A stretch of DNA of 24,000 nt from Tepidanaerobacter syntrophicus (GTDB lineage: Bacteria; Bacillota; Thermosediminibacteria; Thermosediminibacterales; Tepidanaerobacteraceae), in the NCBI RefSeq assembly GCF_001485475.2, contig NZ_DF977002.1, positions 132,426-156,425 of the forward strand, written 5' to 3'. This document shows positions 23,815 through 24,000 of the stretch, in pieces. Within the stretch, counting starts at the first letter, position 1. The number at the start of each line of letters is the position of its first letter. The notes beneath the pieces were generated by a model that did no database searches, was not told the origin of the DNA, and saw nothing but the letters and a program-made list of their open reading frames with translations. The translations under genes and the position numbers were made by a program.

Positions 23815-24000
23815 TTGTTAAAAGATATCCAAAGCCAAGTAGATACTCGAGGCATTTCGCTAAATAGAGTAGGTATCAAAAACATTGATTGGCCTTTGAA
23901 GGTATATGACCAGACAAACGGATTTCAAAATACCGTTGCCAATATCAGCCTATCTGTAGCATTAAAGCATGATATAAAAGGAACTCATATGAGTAGATTT
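23815..24000 (+). CDS. folE2: GTP cyclohydrolase FolE2 (type IB), 5' partial, runs off the window
   Basis: Not in the ORF track because no stop lies within the window. Translation LLKDIQSQVDTRGISLNRVGIKNIDWPLKVYDQTNGFQNTVANISLSVALKHDIKGTHMSRF carries the FolE2 N-terminal pattern, including KGTHMSRF. TTG 23815 has AGGGGTG 6 nt upstream. GTG 23806 is an alternative start. Confidence 0.8.
   Translation, partial: MLKDIQSQVDTRGISLNRVGIKNIDWPLKVYDQTNGFQNTVANISLSVALKHDIKGTHMSRF

Overview
AT-rich, densely coding chromosomal segment that looks Firmicutes/Clostridia-like. I saw no rRNA, tRNA, CRISPR array, transposase or integrase. From left to right: (1) A membrane-anchored GGDEF diguanylate cyclase (42-719, minus). 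(2) A four-gene type I restriction-modification operon on the minus strand: hsdM (6136-8154, TTG start), hsdS (4802-6139), a NucS/DUF91-like PD-(D/E)xK plus DUF5655-like gene (3878-4786) and hsdR (871-3858, TTG start). It has its own extended -10 promoter and a terminator separates it from the genes upstream. (3) An ArsR-family regulator with a Cys/His-rich tail, an ABC ATPase and an ABC-2 permease (8332-10442, minus). (4) Two convergent Lac/cellobiose-family PTS operons that share one bidirectional terminator near 16.1 kb. Operon 1 (plus, 10673-16070) encodes EIIA, EIIC, EIIB, an M81/MlrC-like peptidase and a PRD regulator with a fused EIIA. Operon 2 (minus, 23253-16107) encodes a PRD regulator, a stand-alone Mtl/Fru-type EIIA, EIIB, EIIC, a GrdB-N-terminal-like protein, a PepV-like M20 dipeptidase, a glycosylasparaginase-like Ntn hydrolase and a Lac-type EIIA. 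Neither operon encodes a glycoside hydrolase. (5) queD and the 5' end of folE2 (23457-24000, plus). The best candidates for something undescribed are: (a) the nuclease-like gene in the slot between hsdS and hsdR, where PrrC sits in EcoprrI; (b) the twin PTS operons whose only catabolic enzymes are peptidases or amidohydrolases, which suggests PTS-dependent use of glyco-amino-acid, glycopeptide or iso-peptide substrates; (c) a SECIS-like hairpin just after the UGA that ends the GrdB-related gene. All functional calls rest on motif recognition by eye. No database search was possible.
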